From a bacterium (GTDB lineage Bacteria > Elusimicrobiota > Elusimicrobia > UBA1565 > UBA9628), in the NCBI GenBank assembly GCA_021799485.1, contig JAJZAK010000001.1, positions 34,458-98,457 of the forward strand: a stretch of 64,000 nucleotides of DNA. The letters are read 5' to 3'. Both the position numbers and the translations under genes were made by a program. Shown here piece by piece: positions 34,454 through 44,525 of the stretch. The notes under the pieces are model-generated. The model did no database searches. It was not told the origin of the DNA and worked only from the letters and a program-made list of their open reading frames with translations. Each line of letters begins with the position of its first letter. Positions within the stretch are counted from its first letter, which is position 1.

Positions 34454-35502
34454 CCGGCTCCCCGCGCCGAATCCTCGCGATCCAGACCGCCTACCTGGGC
34501 GACTGCGTCTTGACGCTGCCGCTTTTGCGCGAGGCGAAGGCCCTTTATCCCCGATCAAGGCTCTCCGTTCTGGCGCTGCCGAAGACGGCCGCCCTGTTCG
34601 AGGAATTCCCGGCGGTGGATGAGGTTCTCGCGGACGACAAACGCGGCGAAGATTCCGGTCTTCTCGGCATGCTGCGGCTTGCGGGGCGCCTCAGGAGCCG
34701 CGCCTTCGACTTGGCGATCATCCCCCACCGCTCGCTGCGCAGCGCGCTCATCGCCAGGCTCGCCGGCATTCCGCGGCGCGTCGGCTTTGCGAGCAGCGCG
34801 GGATGGTTCCTGATGACTCGGCGCGCGCCCTTCGACTGGGCGACGCACGATCTCGATCGGAATTTGAGCCTGCTCAAGGCCATCGACCCCTCGTTTTACC
34901 CTTCGAAGGACGTTTGGCGGGACGTCGCGGCCTCGGACCATGCCCGGGCCTCGCTCGCCGCCCGATGGGAGAGCCTCCGCCTGGCGCCCGGCGCTCCCGT
35001 CGTCGGCCTCCATGCCGGCTCGGCGTGGGGGACGAAACGCTGGCCCGAAGACCGATGGGCCGAGCTGTGCCGCCGGCTCAAGTCGCAAGGATTTAAGCCC
35101 CTTCTCGTCGGGGGGCCCGACGACGCGGAGCTATCCAAGCGGGTGGCGGCCGCCTCGGGAGCGGAGAGCTTGGCGGGCACGACGAGCCTTGGAGAGCTCA
35201 AGGCCCTCATGGAAAAATTCTCCCTCTTCGTCACCAACGACTCGGGCCCCATGCACGTCGCTTGCGCGATGGGCGTCCCGGTGCTCGCGATTTTCGGGCC
35301 CACCGTCCGCGGCCTCGGCTTTTTCCCCTACGGCATCCGAAACGAGGTCGCCGAGGCGGACCTCGCCTGCCGTCCCTGCCCGGGCTCGCTTCACGGCCCG
35401 ATGAAATGCCCTCACGGGCACTTTCTCTGCATGAAACTCGTCACGGTCGACGAGGTCTTCTCACGGGCGATGAGGATGCTCGCCTGCGGTGTCAGACTTT
35501 GA
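34450..35502 (+). CDS. ADP-heptose:LPS heptosyltransferase (GT9)
   Basis: RILAIQTAYLGDCVLTLPLL, VVGLHAGSAWGTKRWP, NDSGPMHVACAMGVPVLAIFGPT are GT9 (RfaF/RfaC-like) motifs. GTG start. Confidence 0.8.
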   Translation: MTGSPRRILAIQTAYLGDCVLTLPLLREAKALYPRSRLSVLALPKTAALFEEFPAVDEVLADDKRGEDSGLLGMLRLAGRLRSRAFDLAIIPHRSLRSALIARLAGIPRRVGFASSAGWFLMTRRAPFDWATHDLDRNLSLLKAIDPSFYPSKDVWRDVAASDHARASLAARWESLRLAPGAPVVGLHAGSAWGTKRWPEDRWAELCRRLKSQGFKPLLVGGPDDAELSKRVAAASGAESLAGTTSLGELKALMEKFSLFVTNDSGPMHVACAMGVPVLAIFGPTVRGLGFFPYGIRNEVAEADLACRPCPGSLHGPMKCPHGHFLCMKLVTVDEVFSRAMRMLACGVRL

Positions 35503-35559
35503 CTTTTTGACTTATGGACGCCGATCAACAAGTCAAAAAGTCAAAGTCTGACACCGCAG
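35484..35559. repeat. 30-bp perfect inverted repeat (ctgcggtgtcagactttgactttttgactt / aagtcaaaaagtcaaagtctgacaccgcag) with 16-nt spacer; spans stop of GT9 gene and start codon of GT2 gene
   Basis: Arms 35484-35513 and 35530-35559 are exact reverse complements. Spacer atggacgccgatcaac begins with the GT2 ATG. Arm contains a GACTT(T) triple direct repeat. Confidence 0.85.
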
Positions 35560-36359
35560 GCATTCCCGGAGGCCTGAGCGCCGTCATCATCGCCAAGGAC
35601 GAGGAGAAAAACCTCCCCGCGGCGCTCGAAAGCTTAAAGGGCATCGCCGACGAGATCATCGTCGTCGTGGACGATAGGACGAAGGATCGGACGGCCGAGA
35701 TCGCGCGCGCGGCGGGGGCGAGGGCCGTCCTGCGCCGTTTCGACGGCTTCGGGACCCAGAAACAGGCGGCGCTCGACCTCGCGACGAAGGAATGGGTGCT
35801 CTCCCTCGACGCCGACGAGCGCGTCGATCCGGCTTTGGCGTCCGAGATCGTCGAAAAACTCGCCCGCGCGCCCCAAGACTCCGGGCCGTCCGGTTTCGAC
35901 GTGCCGCGCCGCGTGATCTTCTTGGGGCGCGAGATGCGCCACGGCGGACTCGGCCGCGAGAAGATGCTGCGTCTCTTTCGCAGGTCTCGCGGCCGATTCG
36001 ACGGCGCCAGCATCCACGAACGCGTCGCCGTCGACGGAGCCGTCGAAAAACTCGCCCACCCGATCGCGCACGAGACCTACGCCAGCATCTCCGACTATTT
36101 GCGCAAAATGGAGTCCTACTCCACGTTGGAGGCCCGCAAGAAGTTCGACCGCGGCCGCCGCTTCCACTGGTGGCAGCACGCGCTCCCGGCCTGGGAATTT
36201 CTAAGGCGCTGGCTCCTCAAGGGCGGTTTTCTCGACGGCCGGGAAGGGTATGTCTGGGCGCGGCTCTCGGCTTTCCATTATTGGGTCAAATGCCTCAAGC
36301 TTCGCGAACTGGAGCTTCAGCGGGACCGCGCCCTCCCCGGACGCCCGGGGCTCCGATGA
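35514..36359 (+). CDS. family 2 glycosyltransferase, LPS-core type (KdtX/WaaE-like)
   Basis: LSAVIIAKDEEKNLPAALESL...DEIIVVVDDRTKDRT...LSLDADERV are GT2 DxD-type motifs, resembling LPS core beta-glycosyltransferases. Confidence 0.75.
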   Translation: MDADQQVKKSKSDTAGIPGGLSAVIIAKDEEKNLPAALESLKGIADEIIVVVDDRTKDRTAEIARAAGARAVLRRFDGFGTQKQAALDLATKEWVLSLDADERVDPALASEIVEKLARAPQDSGPSGFDVPRRVIFLGREMRHGGLGREKMLRLFRRSRGRFDGASIHERVAVDGAVEKLAHPIAHETYASISDYLRKMESYSTLEARKKFDRGRRFHWWQHALPAWEFLRRWLLKGGFLDGREGYVWARLSAFHYWVKCLKLRELELQRDRALPGRPGLR

Positions 36360-37090
36360 CCTCCCTTCCCGTCCTCATGTATCACCGCGTCGGGACCCCG
36401 CCGGCCGGATCGAAGCTCGCGGATCTTTGGGTCTCACCGAGCAAGCTTCGGGCCCAGCTGGACTATGTGAAGGCCGGCGGATGGTCCCCGATGCTTTTTT
36501 CCGAACTCCGGAAGGCCTTGACGGGCGGCGCCCATCTCCCGCGCAAGCCCCTCCTTGTCACCTTCGACGACGGCTACGCCAACAATTACGAGAGCGGCTT
36601 TCCCATTCTTAAGGAGTTGGGCGTCAAAGCCGGCATTTTTCTCGTCCATGAGACGCTGGGCCGACACAACGCCTGGCACGATCCCTCGGGAGAGCCCTGG
36701 ATCCCGATGATGAACCTGGCTCAGGCGCGGGAGATGCAGGAATCGGGGCTCGTCGAGTTCGGCTCGCACACCATGCGCCATCCGCGGCTGACGAAGGTTT
36801 CCGCGGAGGAGGCGCGCTGGGAGATTGCGGAATCGAAGCGTCGGCTGGAGGCGGATCTGGGCCGCGAGGTCCGCGCCTTCGCCTATCCCTACGGCGCGGG
36901 CGCCCGCCGCGAGGACTTGCGCCGGATGGTGGAGGAGGCCGGCTACTCCTTCGACTTCGGAACGCGGCCGGGGGCATCCCGCCTTCCTTGGGTTTTCGCA
37001 TCGGAAGCCTTCCGTCGCATCTTCGTTCCGGGAGGGGCGCCGTTGTGGCGTTTTAAGCTTTCCTTGGCTTTGGCACCCTGGCGCCGATGA
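36356..37090 (+). CDS. polysaccharide deacetylase (CE4 / NodB homology domain)
   Basis: LMYHRVG..., LLVTFDDGYANNY, FGSHTMRHPRLT, AFAYPYG are NodB motifs. ATGA overlap with GT2 stop. Confidence 0.75.
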   Translation: MTSLPVLMYHRVGTPPAGSKLADLWVSPSKLRAQLDYVKAGGWSPMLFSELRKALTGGAHLPRKPLLVTFDDGYANNYESGFPILKELGVKAGIFLVHETLGRHNAWHDPSGEPWIPMMNLAQAREMQESGLVEFGSHTMRHPRLTKVSAEEARWEIAESKRRLEADLGREVRAFAYPYGAGARREDLRRMVEEAGYSFDFGTRPGASRLPWVFASEAFRRIFVPGGAPLWRFKLSLALAPWRR

Positions 37091-37143
37091 CCAAGCAGGG
37101 GCGCGGGCCAGCGAGGACATGGTCGGAGCTGGAGGCGAAGCCA

Positions 37144-38174
37144 TGAAAAAGATCCTCGTCATGCAGCTGCGCCACTCCGGGGACGTCCTTTTGACGCTCC
37201 CGGCCGTGAAGATCCTGCGCCGCGGCTTCCCCGACGCCATGATCGACTTTCTCGTCGACGCCCCCCACGACCAGGCGCTTCTCGGCTCGCCCGACATCGA
37301 CAACATCGTCGTCTATGATCGGACAAGCACGCTCGGAATGCTGGCCGCCGCCAGACGCAAGCGCTACGACTGCACGATCGACTATTTGGGAACTCCCCGC
37401 ACCGCCATCTTGGGAGCCGCCTCCGGGGCGGCCGTGCGCGTGGGCTACGCGCGAGTCTTTCATCGCTGGGCTTATAATAGGCTCTACGCCGTTCCCCCGG
37501 GATCCCGCTACGTCGCGTTGGAGAAGATGGATCTCGTCTCCCGGATGTTCGGGCTCCCCGAGGGGAAAATCGAGTTCAACGTCCGCATCCCCGAGGCCGC
37601 GCGCGAACGGGCGAACAATTTCCTGGCGTCGTTCCTGGAAGACGGCCGCCCTCTCATCACCATCGCCCCCGGCTCCCAGCGCCATTTCAACCGATGGTTT
37701 CCGGATCGCTACGCCCCCATCATCGATTGGCTTGAGGAGGCGTTCGGGGCCGCGGTACTCCTCCTCTGGGCTCCGAAGGAAAAGCCGATGGCGGAGGAGA
37801 TCGCTTCTCTCTGCCGCCGCCCCCCCCTCCTGAGCCCCGGGACGGCCGGCCTCGCGGACCTGGCGGCGTTTCTCGAGCGGGCCGATCTCCACATCGGCGC
37901 CGACAACGGCGGCAAGCACGTCGCGACGGCCGTCGGCGCCGCCACCTTCACCATCTACGGCCCGCATGATCCCGTCAGCTGGACCCACCCGGATCGTTCC
38001 CGGCACCGCTATATCAAGACGGACGCCTGCCTCTGCGAGCACGATGTGCGCCGCAAGCACGCCTGCCGCGAGCTCGCCTGCCTGCGGGCGGTGGCCGTCC
38101 CGGATGTCGAACGGGCCATTGGGGCTTTCCTGCCGGAAATCCTCGCGCGAAAAACCGCGAGGAAAACAGCATGA
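37144..38174 (+). CDS. ADP-heptose:LPS heptosyltransferase (GT9), second copy
   Basis: MKKILVMQLRHSGDVLLTLPAV, ITIAPGSQRHFNRWFP, DNGGKHVATAVGAATFTIYGP. The ORF-track entry starts at 36825, but ATG 37144 gives a canonical GT9 N-terminus. Confidence 0.8.
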
Positions 38175-39265
38175 CGGACGCCGCGGCGACAAGGGAACGG
38201 CTTCTCAAAAAATCCTGGGGGAGGCTCCTTCTCGGCCTCTTGTCCATATTCTACGGAGGGGCGGTGTCCCTGCGGAGCCTCCTCTATCGCGCCGGGATCC
38301 TGCGCTCGCGCAGGATCGGGGCGCGGGTCGTCTCGATCGGGAATCTCACCGCCGGCGGCACGGGGAAAACCCCGGCGGTGCTTCTGGCGGCCGCGACGCT
38401 CAAGAAACATGGGGTCTCCATCGCGATTCTCAGCCGAGGCTACGGCGGGAAAGGCTCCGGACGGGATGTCACGACCCTGCTCGACGATAGGGACATCCCC
38501 TCCGCCGAAGAATGCGGCGACGAGCCCTGGATGATGCATCGGACCCTGATGGGCCAAGGCATTCCCATCCTGGTCGCCAAGAACCGCTCCAAAGCCGGGG
38601 ATCTCGCCGTCACGTTCTACCACTCCGAGGCCATCATCCTCGACGACGGCTTCCAGCACCTCGCGCTTGACCGCGATCTCGACATCGTCTTGGTCAACGC
38701 CATGCAGCCCTTCGGCGACGGCCATCTTCTTCCCCTCGGCTTTCTCAGGGAGCCGCGCCGGGCGCTCAATCGGGCCGACCTGATCGTGCTGACGCACTCC
38801 GACCGCGCCCACAAGAGCCGGCTCGAATCGATCGAAGCCGAAATCAAGGCGATCAACCCGCGGGCGCCGATCGTCCACGCGAGCCATAAGGCGGATTTCC
38901 TCATGGACTTAAAAACCGGGGAAAAAAGCCCCCCCACGAAGCTCGCGGGGCGCAAGATCGTTTCTTTTTGCGGCATCGCCGAGCCGGAATCATTCGAGGC
39001 TTCGCTCCTCGAGCTCGATGCGAAGATCGCGCAGAAATGGCGCTATCCGGACCATCACCCCTACGTCCCCCGGGAGATCACATCGCTCCAGCGCATCCGC
39101 GACGGCATACCGGTCGTCACGACGATGAAGGATTTCACGCGATTCCCGGCGGGCTGGGCGGACACTCTCGACGGCGAGGTTTACGCCCTCGCGATCAAGC
39201 TTCATCTTTCAAAAGGCCGCGAGGCCTGGATGTCGGCGATCGAGTCCCTGGTCTCGACCCGATGA
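38171..39265 (+). CDS. lpxK: tetraacyldisaccharide 4'-kinase
   Basis: VVSIGNLTAGGTGKTP (P-loop) and ILSRGYGG..., DDGFQH are LpxK motifs. Confidence 0.85.
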   Translation: MTDAAATRERLLKKSWGRLLLGLLSIFYGGAVSLRSLLYRAGILRSRRIGARVVSIGNLTAGGTGKTPAVLLAAATLKKHGVSIAILSRGYGGKGSGRDVTTLLDDRDIPSAEECGDEPWMMHRTLMGQGIPILVAKNRSKAGDLAVTFYHSEAIILDDGFQHLALDRDLDIVLVNAMQPFGDGHLLPLGFLREPRRALNRADLIVLTHSDRAHKSRLESIEAEIKAINPRAPIVHASHKADFLMDLKTGEKSPPTKLAGRKIVSFCGIAEPESFEASLLELDAKIAQKWRYPDHHPYVPREITSLQRIRDGIPVVTTMKDFTRFPAGWADTLDGEVYALAIKLHLSKGREAWMSAIESLVSTR

Positions 39266-40176
39266 GCCGCGCCTTGAAGGCCTTCTTGCTCGCGGCCGCG
39301 GCGGCGAGAACGGCCCTTGGCCTCGATCTTTTCGGCGGCGCCGCGCCGCCGGAAGACATCGACGTCCTCATGACGGGACCTGCGGCGCCCTCCCAGTCCT
39401 ACAAGCGCCTGCCGGTCTTTCCGGAGAAACTCCGCTATCAAATCTTTTTGGGCGTGGTTCCCGTGGGCCAAGCGGCCCTGGAGGCCGAACATGTCGTTGA
39501 ATTCAACGGACGTCCCGCCTATCACATCGTCTCCCGGGCCGAATCGAACCGGTTCTGCGACGCCTTCTACAAGGTCCGCGACTTCAACGAATCCTGGATG
39601 GACGCCCGGCGGCTCGCGTCCCTCGGCTATTCGAAAATCCTCAGCGAAGGCCGTTTTTATCGCCGCGAATGGGCCGTCTACGACGCGGCGAACCGCCGAT
39701 TCGTGGCCCGGCTCACGAACCGCGACGGCAGCTACAAGATTTTCCGCGGGACCGTGCCGGCGTCCATCCAGGACATCTTATCGAGCCTTTTTTACATCCG
39801 TTCCCAGAAGCTCGTGCCGGGCCGCGACATCGTCCTCGACGTCAATACGAAAACCAACTGGCCGCTCATCGTCCGGGTGCTCAAGCGCGAGAAGATCAGG
39901 ACTCCGTCCGGGACCTGGCGCACCGTCGTGGTTGAGCCGGGGCTTCGCAAAAGGGAGGGGATTTTCGTCCAGAAAGGGCGAAACCTCCGGGTGTGGCTCA
40001 CCGACGACGAGAAAAAGATCCCCGTCCGCATGTCCGTCCAGCTCTTTTTCGGCCATGTATCGGCGCTTTTGATTCCGCCCGGAACCGCGAATCTCGCCGC
40101 CCCGGCTAAGGGCGCCAATTATTCCGTAACGAGCCCTAAGAAAACTGGGCAATTTCGGGCCGAATTGTCCCCCTAA
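39262..40176 (+). CDS. DUF3108-like secreted protein (lipid-A-cluster associated)
   Basis: Signal peptide, about 300 aa beta-rich protein at the position typically occupied by DUF3108 next to lpxK. ATGA overlap with lpxK. Confidence 0.5.
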   Translation: MSRALKAFLLAAAAARTALGLDLFGGAAPPEDIDVLMTGPAAPSQSYKRLPVFPEKLRYQIFLGVVPVGQAALEAEHVVEFNGRPAYHIVSRAESNRFCDAFYKVRDFNESWMDARRLASLGYSKILSEGRFYRREWAVYDAANRRFVARLTNRDGSYKIFRGTVPASIQDILSSLFYIRSQKLVPGRDIVLDVNTKTNWPLIVRVLKREKIRTPSGTWRTVVVEPGLRKREGIFVQKGRNLRVWLTDDEKKIPVRMSVQLFFGHVSALLIPPGTANLAAPAKGANYSVTSPKKTGQFRAELSP

Positions 40177-40180
40177 ACTC

Positions 40181-40188
40181 TGTATAAT
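40181..40188 (+). promoter_or_regulatory. extended -10 element TGTATAAT about 10 nt upstream of heptose-kinase ATG
   Basis: ctcTGTATAATcacctaagcgATG; perfect TGnTATAAT. Confidence 0.4.
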
Positions 40189-40198
40189 CACCTAAGCG

Positions 40199-41185
40199 AT
40201 GGCCAAGCCTGAGAGGCTTTTGCAGCTCCTAAGCGCCTTCAAGGGAAAGCGCATCGTCGTGGCCGGCGACTTCATGCTCGACCTCTATCTGAGGGGCAGC
40301 GCGAGCCGCCTCTCCCCCGAGGCTCCCGTCCCGGTGGTGCATGTCGCCAGCGAATCCGTCGTTCCGGGCGGCGCCGGCAACGTGGCCGTCAATCTCGCGG
40401 TCCTGGGCGCCGACGTCCGCGCGATCGGCATCCTGGGCCGCGACGAGGCCGCTCGAAGGCTGCTGGGCGCTCTCGAAGAGCGGGGGGTGGACGCGAACGG
40501 GCTTGTCGAGGACGGCGCCCGCCCCACATCGCAAAAATGCCGCATCCTGGCCGAGCACCAGCAGGTCGTCCGATTCGACCGGGAGTCGTCGGATCCTCTC
40601 GGCGCCAAGGCCGAGCGGCGGATCTTGGAAAACCTTCTGCGGGAGCTTTCGGACGGCGCCCAAGCGCTGGTCCTCTCCGATTACGGCAAGGGCGTGATCG
40701 GTCCGCGCCTCCTGCGCGAGGCCATCTCCCGCGCCAACAAGCGGGGCATCCCCGTCACGGCCGACCCGAAGGTCGAGCATTTCAAGCGCTATCGCGGGGT
40801 CACGTGCATCACTCCCAATCTCCAGGAGGCCTGGGGAGGCATGAACCGCCATCCGAAGGCCTCTCTCGGCGATTTGGAGCGGCTTGGCCGCGACATCCTC
40901 AAGACCTTGCGGGCCCGCTCGGTTCTCATCACGCGGGGCGCCCAGGGCATGAGCCTTTTCAAGAGCGACGCGCCCCCCGTCCACATTCCCACCGTGGCCA
41001 AGGAAGTTTTCGACGTCACGGGCGCCGGAGACACCGTCATTTCCGTCCTGACCCTGGCCCTGGCCTCCAAGGCGACCCTCGAGGAGGCCTCCCTCCTCTC
41101 CAACATCGCGGCCGGAATCGTCGTCGGCAAGCTCGGAACGGCCGCCCCGGAAGTCTCGGAGATCGCGGCCGCCATTCGCGCATGA
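40199..41185 (+). CDS. hldA: D-glycero-beta-D-manno-heptose-7-phosphate kinase (PfkB family; kinase domain of HldE)
   Basis: IVVAGDFMLDLYLRGSASRLSPEAPVPVV, DVTGAGDTV are PfkB/RfaE-domain-I motifs. Confidence 0.75.
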   Translation: MAKPERLLQLLSAFKGKRIVVAGDFMLDLYLRGSASRLSPEAPVPVVHVASESVVPGGAGNVAVNLAVLGADVRAIGILGRDEAARRLLGALEERGVDANGLVEDGARPTSQKCRILAEHQQVVRFDRESSDPLGAKAERRILENLLRELSDGAQALVLSDYGKGVIGPRLLREAISRANKRGIPVTADPKVEHFKRYRGVTCITPNLQEAWGGMNRHPKASLGDLERLGRDILKTLRARSVLITRGAQGMSLFKSDAPPVHIPTVAKEVFDVTGAGDTVISVLTLALASKATLEEASLLSNIAAGIVVGKLGTAAPEVSEIAAAIRA

Positions 41186-42813
41186 GCCGCTATCTCTTCG
41201 TGACGGGCGGCGTGGTCAGCTCTCTTGGAAAGGGCATCTCCGCCGCCTCCATCGGCCGCATCCTCGAGGCCCGGGGCCTCTCCGTCTCCATGCTCAAATG
41301 CGACCCTTACATCAACGTCGACCCCGGAACCATGAACCCCTTCCAACATGGGGAGGTCTTCGTCACGGAGGACGGAGCGGAGACGGATCTTGACCTTGGG
41401 CACTACGAGCGATTCCTCAATAAGGACATGCACCGCGCCAACAACGTCACGGCGGGCCAGATCTACGAGACGGTCATCTCCCGCGAGAGGCGCGGCGACT
41501 TCCTCGGCGCCACGGTCCAGGTCATCCCCCACGTCACGGAGGAGATCAAAAGCCGTTTCCGGCGGGCCGCCAAGGGCTCGGATGTGGCGATCATCGAGCT
41601 TGGGGGCACCGTGGGCGACATCGAGGGCCTTCCCTTCCTGGAGGCGGCCCGCCAGATGGCGATTGAAACCGGGGACTCGCGCGTGGCCTACGTCCATGTG
41701 ACGCTCGTCCCCTATATCGGCGCCGCCCAGGAGCTCAAGACCAAGCCCACCCAGCATTCCGTCGGGAAGCTCCGGGAGATCGGCATCTCGCCCGACGTCA
41801 TCATCTGCCGCTCGGAAAAGCCTCTCTCCGCCGACATCAAGGGAAAAATCGCCCTCTTCGCGAACCTTCCCAGGGAGTCGGTCTTCGAGGCTCCGGATGT
41901 GGGGTCGATCTACGAGGTCCCGATTCTCTTCGAACGTCAAGGGCTTGGGGACGCCTTGGGGCGCCTCTTGGATCTCAAGACGCGCCCGGCGGACCTCGCG
42001 GAGTGGGGCAAGTTGATCGGGCGGATCAAGCGCCCCAAGCGCCGCGTCTCAATCGCGATCGCCGGCAAATATACCGATTGCCGCGACGCCTATAAGTCCG
42101 TGCACGAGGCTCTCGTTCACGCGGCTCTCCACCACGACGCCGCCTTGGACGCGCGCTATCTTGACGTGACGCGGCTTGACTCGGGACCGGCCTTCGACGG
42201 CGCGCACGGCATCCTCGTCCCGGGAGGCTTCGGCGAGCGCGGGATCGAAGGAAAGATCAAGGCCGCCGAGGTCGCCCGCCGCGGCGGCATCCCCTATCTG
42301 GGGCTCTGCCTGGGCCTCCAGACGGCCGCCATCGAGTTCGCGAGAAACGTCCTGAAGATGCGGGGCGCCCACTCAACGGAGTTCGACCCCAAGACCCGCT
42401 ACCCCATCATTCATCTCCTGCCGGAACAAAAGGGCGTCGAGGACCTCGGGGGCTCGATGCGCCTGGGCGTTTATCCGTGCCGGCTCGCGGAGGGAAGCCT
42501 CGCTTACAAGGCCTATCAGGCAACGGCCATCTCGGAGCGCCATCGCCATCGCTACGAGTTCAACAACAAATACCGGGAACTCTTCGAGGACGCGGGTCTG
42601 CGGATCACCGGCGTCTACCCCAAGAAAAACCTTGTCGAGATCCTCGAGCTGAAGGGCCATCCCTGGTTCGTCGCCGTCCAGTTCCACCCCGAATTTAAGA
42701 GCCGGCCGGAATCTCCGCACCCCCTCTTCAAGGATTTCGTCGGAGCGGCCCTGGCCCATCCCCGCGCTCGCCGGGGCGAAGAACCGGATCAATCCCAGAC
42801 GCTTTATGCCTAA
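41182..42813 (+). CDS. pyrG: CTP synthase
   Basis: MSRYLFVTGGVVSSLGKGI, full synthetase and GATase domains (GLCLGLQ, HPEF). Start ATG 41182 in ATGA overlap. Confidence 0.95.
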   Translation: MSRYLFVTGGVVSSLGKGISAASIGRILEARGLSVSMLKCDPYINVDPGTMNPFQHGEVFVTEDGAETDLDLGHYERFLNKDMHRANNVTAGQIYETVISRERRGDFLGATVQVIPHVTEEIKSRFRRAAKGSDVAIIELGGTVGDIEGLPFLEAARQMAIETGDSRVAYVHVTLVPYIGAAQELKTKPTQHSVGKLREIGISPDVIICRSEKPLSADIKGKIALFANLPRESVFEAPDVGSIYEVPILFERQGLGDALGRLLDLKTRPADLAEWGKLIGRIKRPKRRVSIAIAGKYTDCRDAYKSVHEALVHAALHHDAALDARYLDVTRLDSGPAFDGAHGILVPGGFGERGIEGKIKAAEVARRGGIPYLGLCLGLQTAAIEFARNVLKMRGAHSTEFDPKTRYPIIHLLPEQKGVEDLGGSMRLGVYPCRLAEGSLAYKAYQATAISERHRHRYEFNNKYRELFEDAGLRITGVYPKKNLVEILELKGHPWFVAVQFHPEFKSRPESPHPLFKDFVGAALAHPRARRGEEPDQSQTLYA

Positions 42814-43636
42814 GGTCAAGGTCGGTCACGTCGTTTTCGACAACGAGAGCCCCCTCTCCTACATCGCGGGACCCTGCGCGCTCGAGTCCGAGGAACTGCT
42901 CCTCGATGTCGGACGCCGGCTCAAGGAATTCTTCGCCCGCGCCAAAAAACCGTTCATCCTCAAATGCTCCTTCGACAAGGCGAACCGCACCTCCGCCGCC
43001 GCCTTCCGCGGACCGGGGCTCAAGAAGGGCTTGGCCGCCCTCGCTCGCGTCCGGGCGAAGCTCGGCGTTCCCCTGCTCACCGACGTTCACGAGCCGGCCC
43101 AGGCGCGGCTGGCCGCGAAGGTCGTCGACGTGATCCAAATTCCGGCCTTCCTCTGCCGGCAGACCGACCTTCTCGTCGCCTGCGCCCGGACGGGAAAGCC
43201 CGTCAACATCAAGAAGGGGCAGTTCCTAGCGCCGTGGGACATCAAGAACGCCATCCGCAAGATCGAGGCCGCCGGCAACCGCCAAATACTCGTGACCGAG
43301 CGCGGGACGAGCTTCGGCTACGGCAATCTCGTCGTCGACATGAGGGGCCTGCGCATCATGCAGGCCTTCGGATATCCCGTCATCTACGACGCCACCCACT
43401 CCGTCCAGCTCCCGGGCGCCCGCGGGGAATCCACCGGCGGCGAGCGGGAGTTCGCGGCGGTCCTCGCTCGGGCGGCGGCCGCGGTCGGCGTGGCCGGCAT
43501 TTTTTTCGAGACCCATCCCGATCCCGAGCGCGCCCTCTCCGACGGCCCTAATTCGATTTATCTCAAGGACGTCCCGGCGCTCGTGCGCCAGACGAGCGCC
43601 ATCGATCGCCTCATCAAGGAAGGGGAGAGGCCATGA
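42806..43636 (+). CDS. kdsA: 2-dehydro-3-deoxyphosphooctonate aldolase (KDO-8-phosphate synthase)
   Basis: FILKCSFDKANRTS, IQIPAFLCRQTDLL, ERGTSFGYGNLVVDMR are KdsA motifs. Confidence 0.9.
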   Translation: MPKVKVGHVVFDNESPLSYIAGPCALESEELLLDVGRRLKEFFARAKKPFILKCSFDKANRTSAAAFRGPGLKKGLAALARVRAKLGVPLLTDVHEPAQARLAAKVVDVIQIPAFLCRQTDLLVACARTGKPVNIKKGQFLAPWDIKNAIRKIEAAGNRQILVTERGTSFGYGNLVVDMRGLRIMQAFGYPVIYDATHSVQLPGARGESTGGEREFAAVLARAAAAVGVAGIFFETHPDPERALSDGPNSIYLKDVPALVRQTSAIDRLIKEGERP

Positions 43637-43950
43637 AATGCCCGGATTGCGGCTACGAAAACAAGGAGGGGGCGCGGGCCTGCAAGCGCTGCTCCAGGGA
43701 TCTCACGCTCTCCCCCCCCTGGTTTCCGGACATCAAGTGGCACCTGAAAACCTTGGGCATCATCTACGCCGCGACGGCCGCCCTCTACTTCGCCGTCTCG
43801 GGCTTCCTCAAGACTCTCCCCAAGCCCTACGACATCCGCAACGTCCCCATCGAGTTGACGCCGTGGCTTAACAGCCGCATCATGAAAGGCGGCGTTCCAG
43901 GAGAGCCGCCGGCGCCGCCGGAGACGCACGCTCCGGTCGCGGAGCCGTGA
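43633..43950 (+). CDS. zinc-ribbon membrane protein, hypothetical
   Basis: MKCPDCGYENKEGARACKRC (CxxC..CxxC) followed by one TM helix. Confidence 0.5.
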   Translation: MKCPDCGYENKEGARACKRCSRDLTLSPPWFPDIKWHLKTLGIIYAATAALYFAVSGFLKTLPKPYDIRNVPIELTPWLNSRIMKGGVPGEPPAPPETHAPVAEP

Positions 43951-44525
43951 GGCGCCGGCACACGGGATGTTTCCTGTTTCTCCTTGCCTTCGCGGCCTGC
44001 CGCAAAGCCCTCCCCCCTCCTCGCGCCTACCCGCGCCAGACTCTGACGAATCTATCCCTTTCCCAGTCCTACCTCGGAGCCTCTGTGTGGAAACTGCGGA
44101 GCCCGTCGGCTGTCATCGAGGAGGCGACGCAGGAGGCGAATCTCGACGCCCCCCGCATGCGTTTCTACAAGGAAGGCCGGCTCTCGAGCCGGGTCTCGTC
44201 TTTGACGGGGCGGGTGAACCTGGCGACCCGGGACGTGATTCTCTCCACGGACGTCGTCCTGGCCTCCCTGGCGGACCAATCCGTGCTTAAGACCGATCTG
44301 CTGAATTATTCGTCCAAGGAAGACAAGCTCTGGACCGAGTCGGAGGTCGAGCTGAGAAAACCAGCGGGCGTGATGCGCGGCCGCGGCATGCGCGCGAGCC
44401 CCGACCTCTCCGACATCCGAATCTTCCATCAGGAGTCGCATCTTAAGGGCGCCGAAAAAAAACGAAAAGCCTCGGAAGGCCGCGAAAGGCCCGGAACGGC
44501 GACGAAGGGCCCCAGAAGCCCATGA
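43947..44525 (+). CDS. lptC: LptC-like LPS-export periplasmic protein (putative)
   Basis: Signal/anchor segment, OstA-like beta-rich region (GRVNLATRDVILSTDVVLAS). Canonical position between kdsA and lptA/lptB. Confidence 0.45.
   Translation: MRRRHTGCFLFLLAFAACRKALPPPRAYPRQTLTNLSLSQSYLGASVWKLRSPSAVIEEATQEANLDAPRMRFYKEGRLSSRVSSLTGRVNLATRDVILSTDVVLASLADQSVLKTDLLNYSSKEDKLWTESEVELRKPAGVMRGRGMRASPDLSDIRIFHQESHLKGAEKKRKASEGRERPGTATKGPRSP

Noticed and set aside
36825-37143. N-terminal 106-aa extension of the second heptosyltransferase ORF (449 aa in ORF track), the 40537-41181 extension of pyrG (758-aa entry), and the 33359-33847 extension of the flavin-reductase ORF
   Set aside because: The extensions overlap the preceding genes and are low-complexity. 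Canonical N-termini (MKKILVMQL..., MSRYLFVTGG..., MEFDVETLSP...) begin at internal ATGs that form tight junctions.
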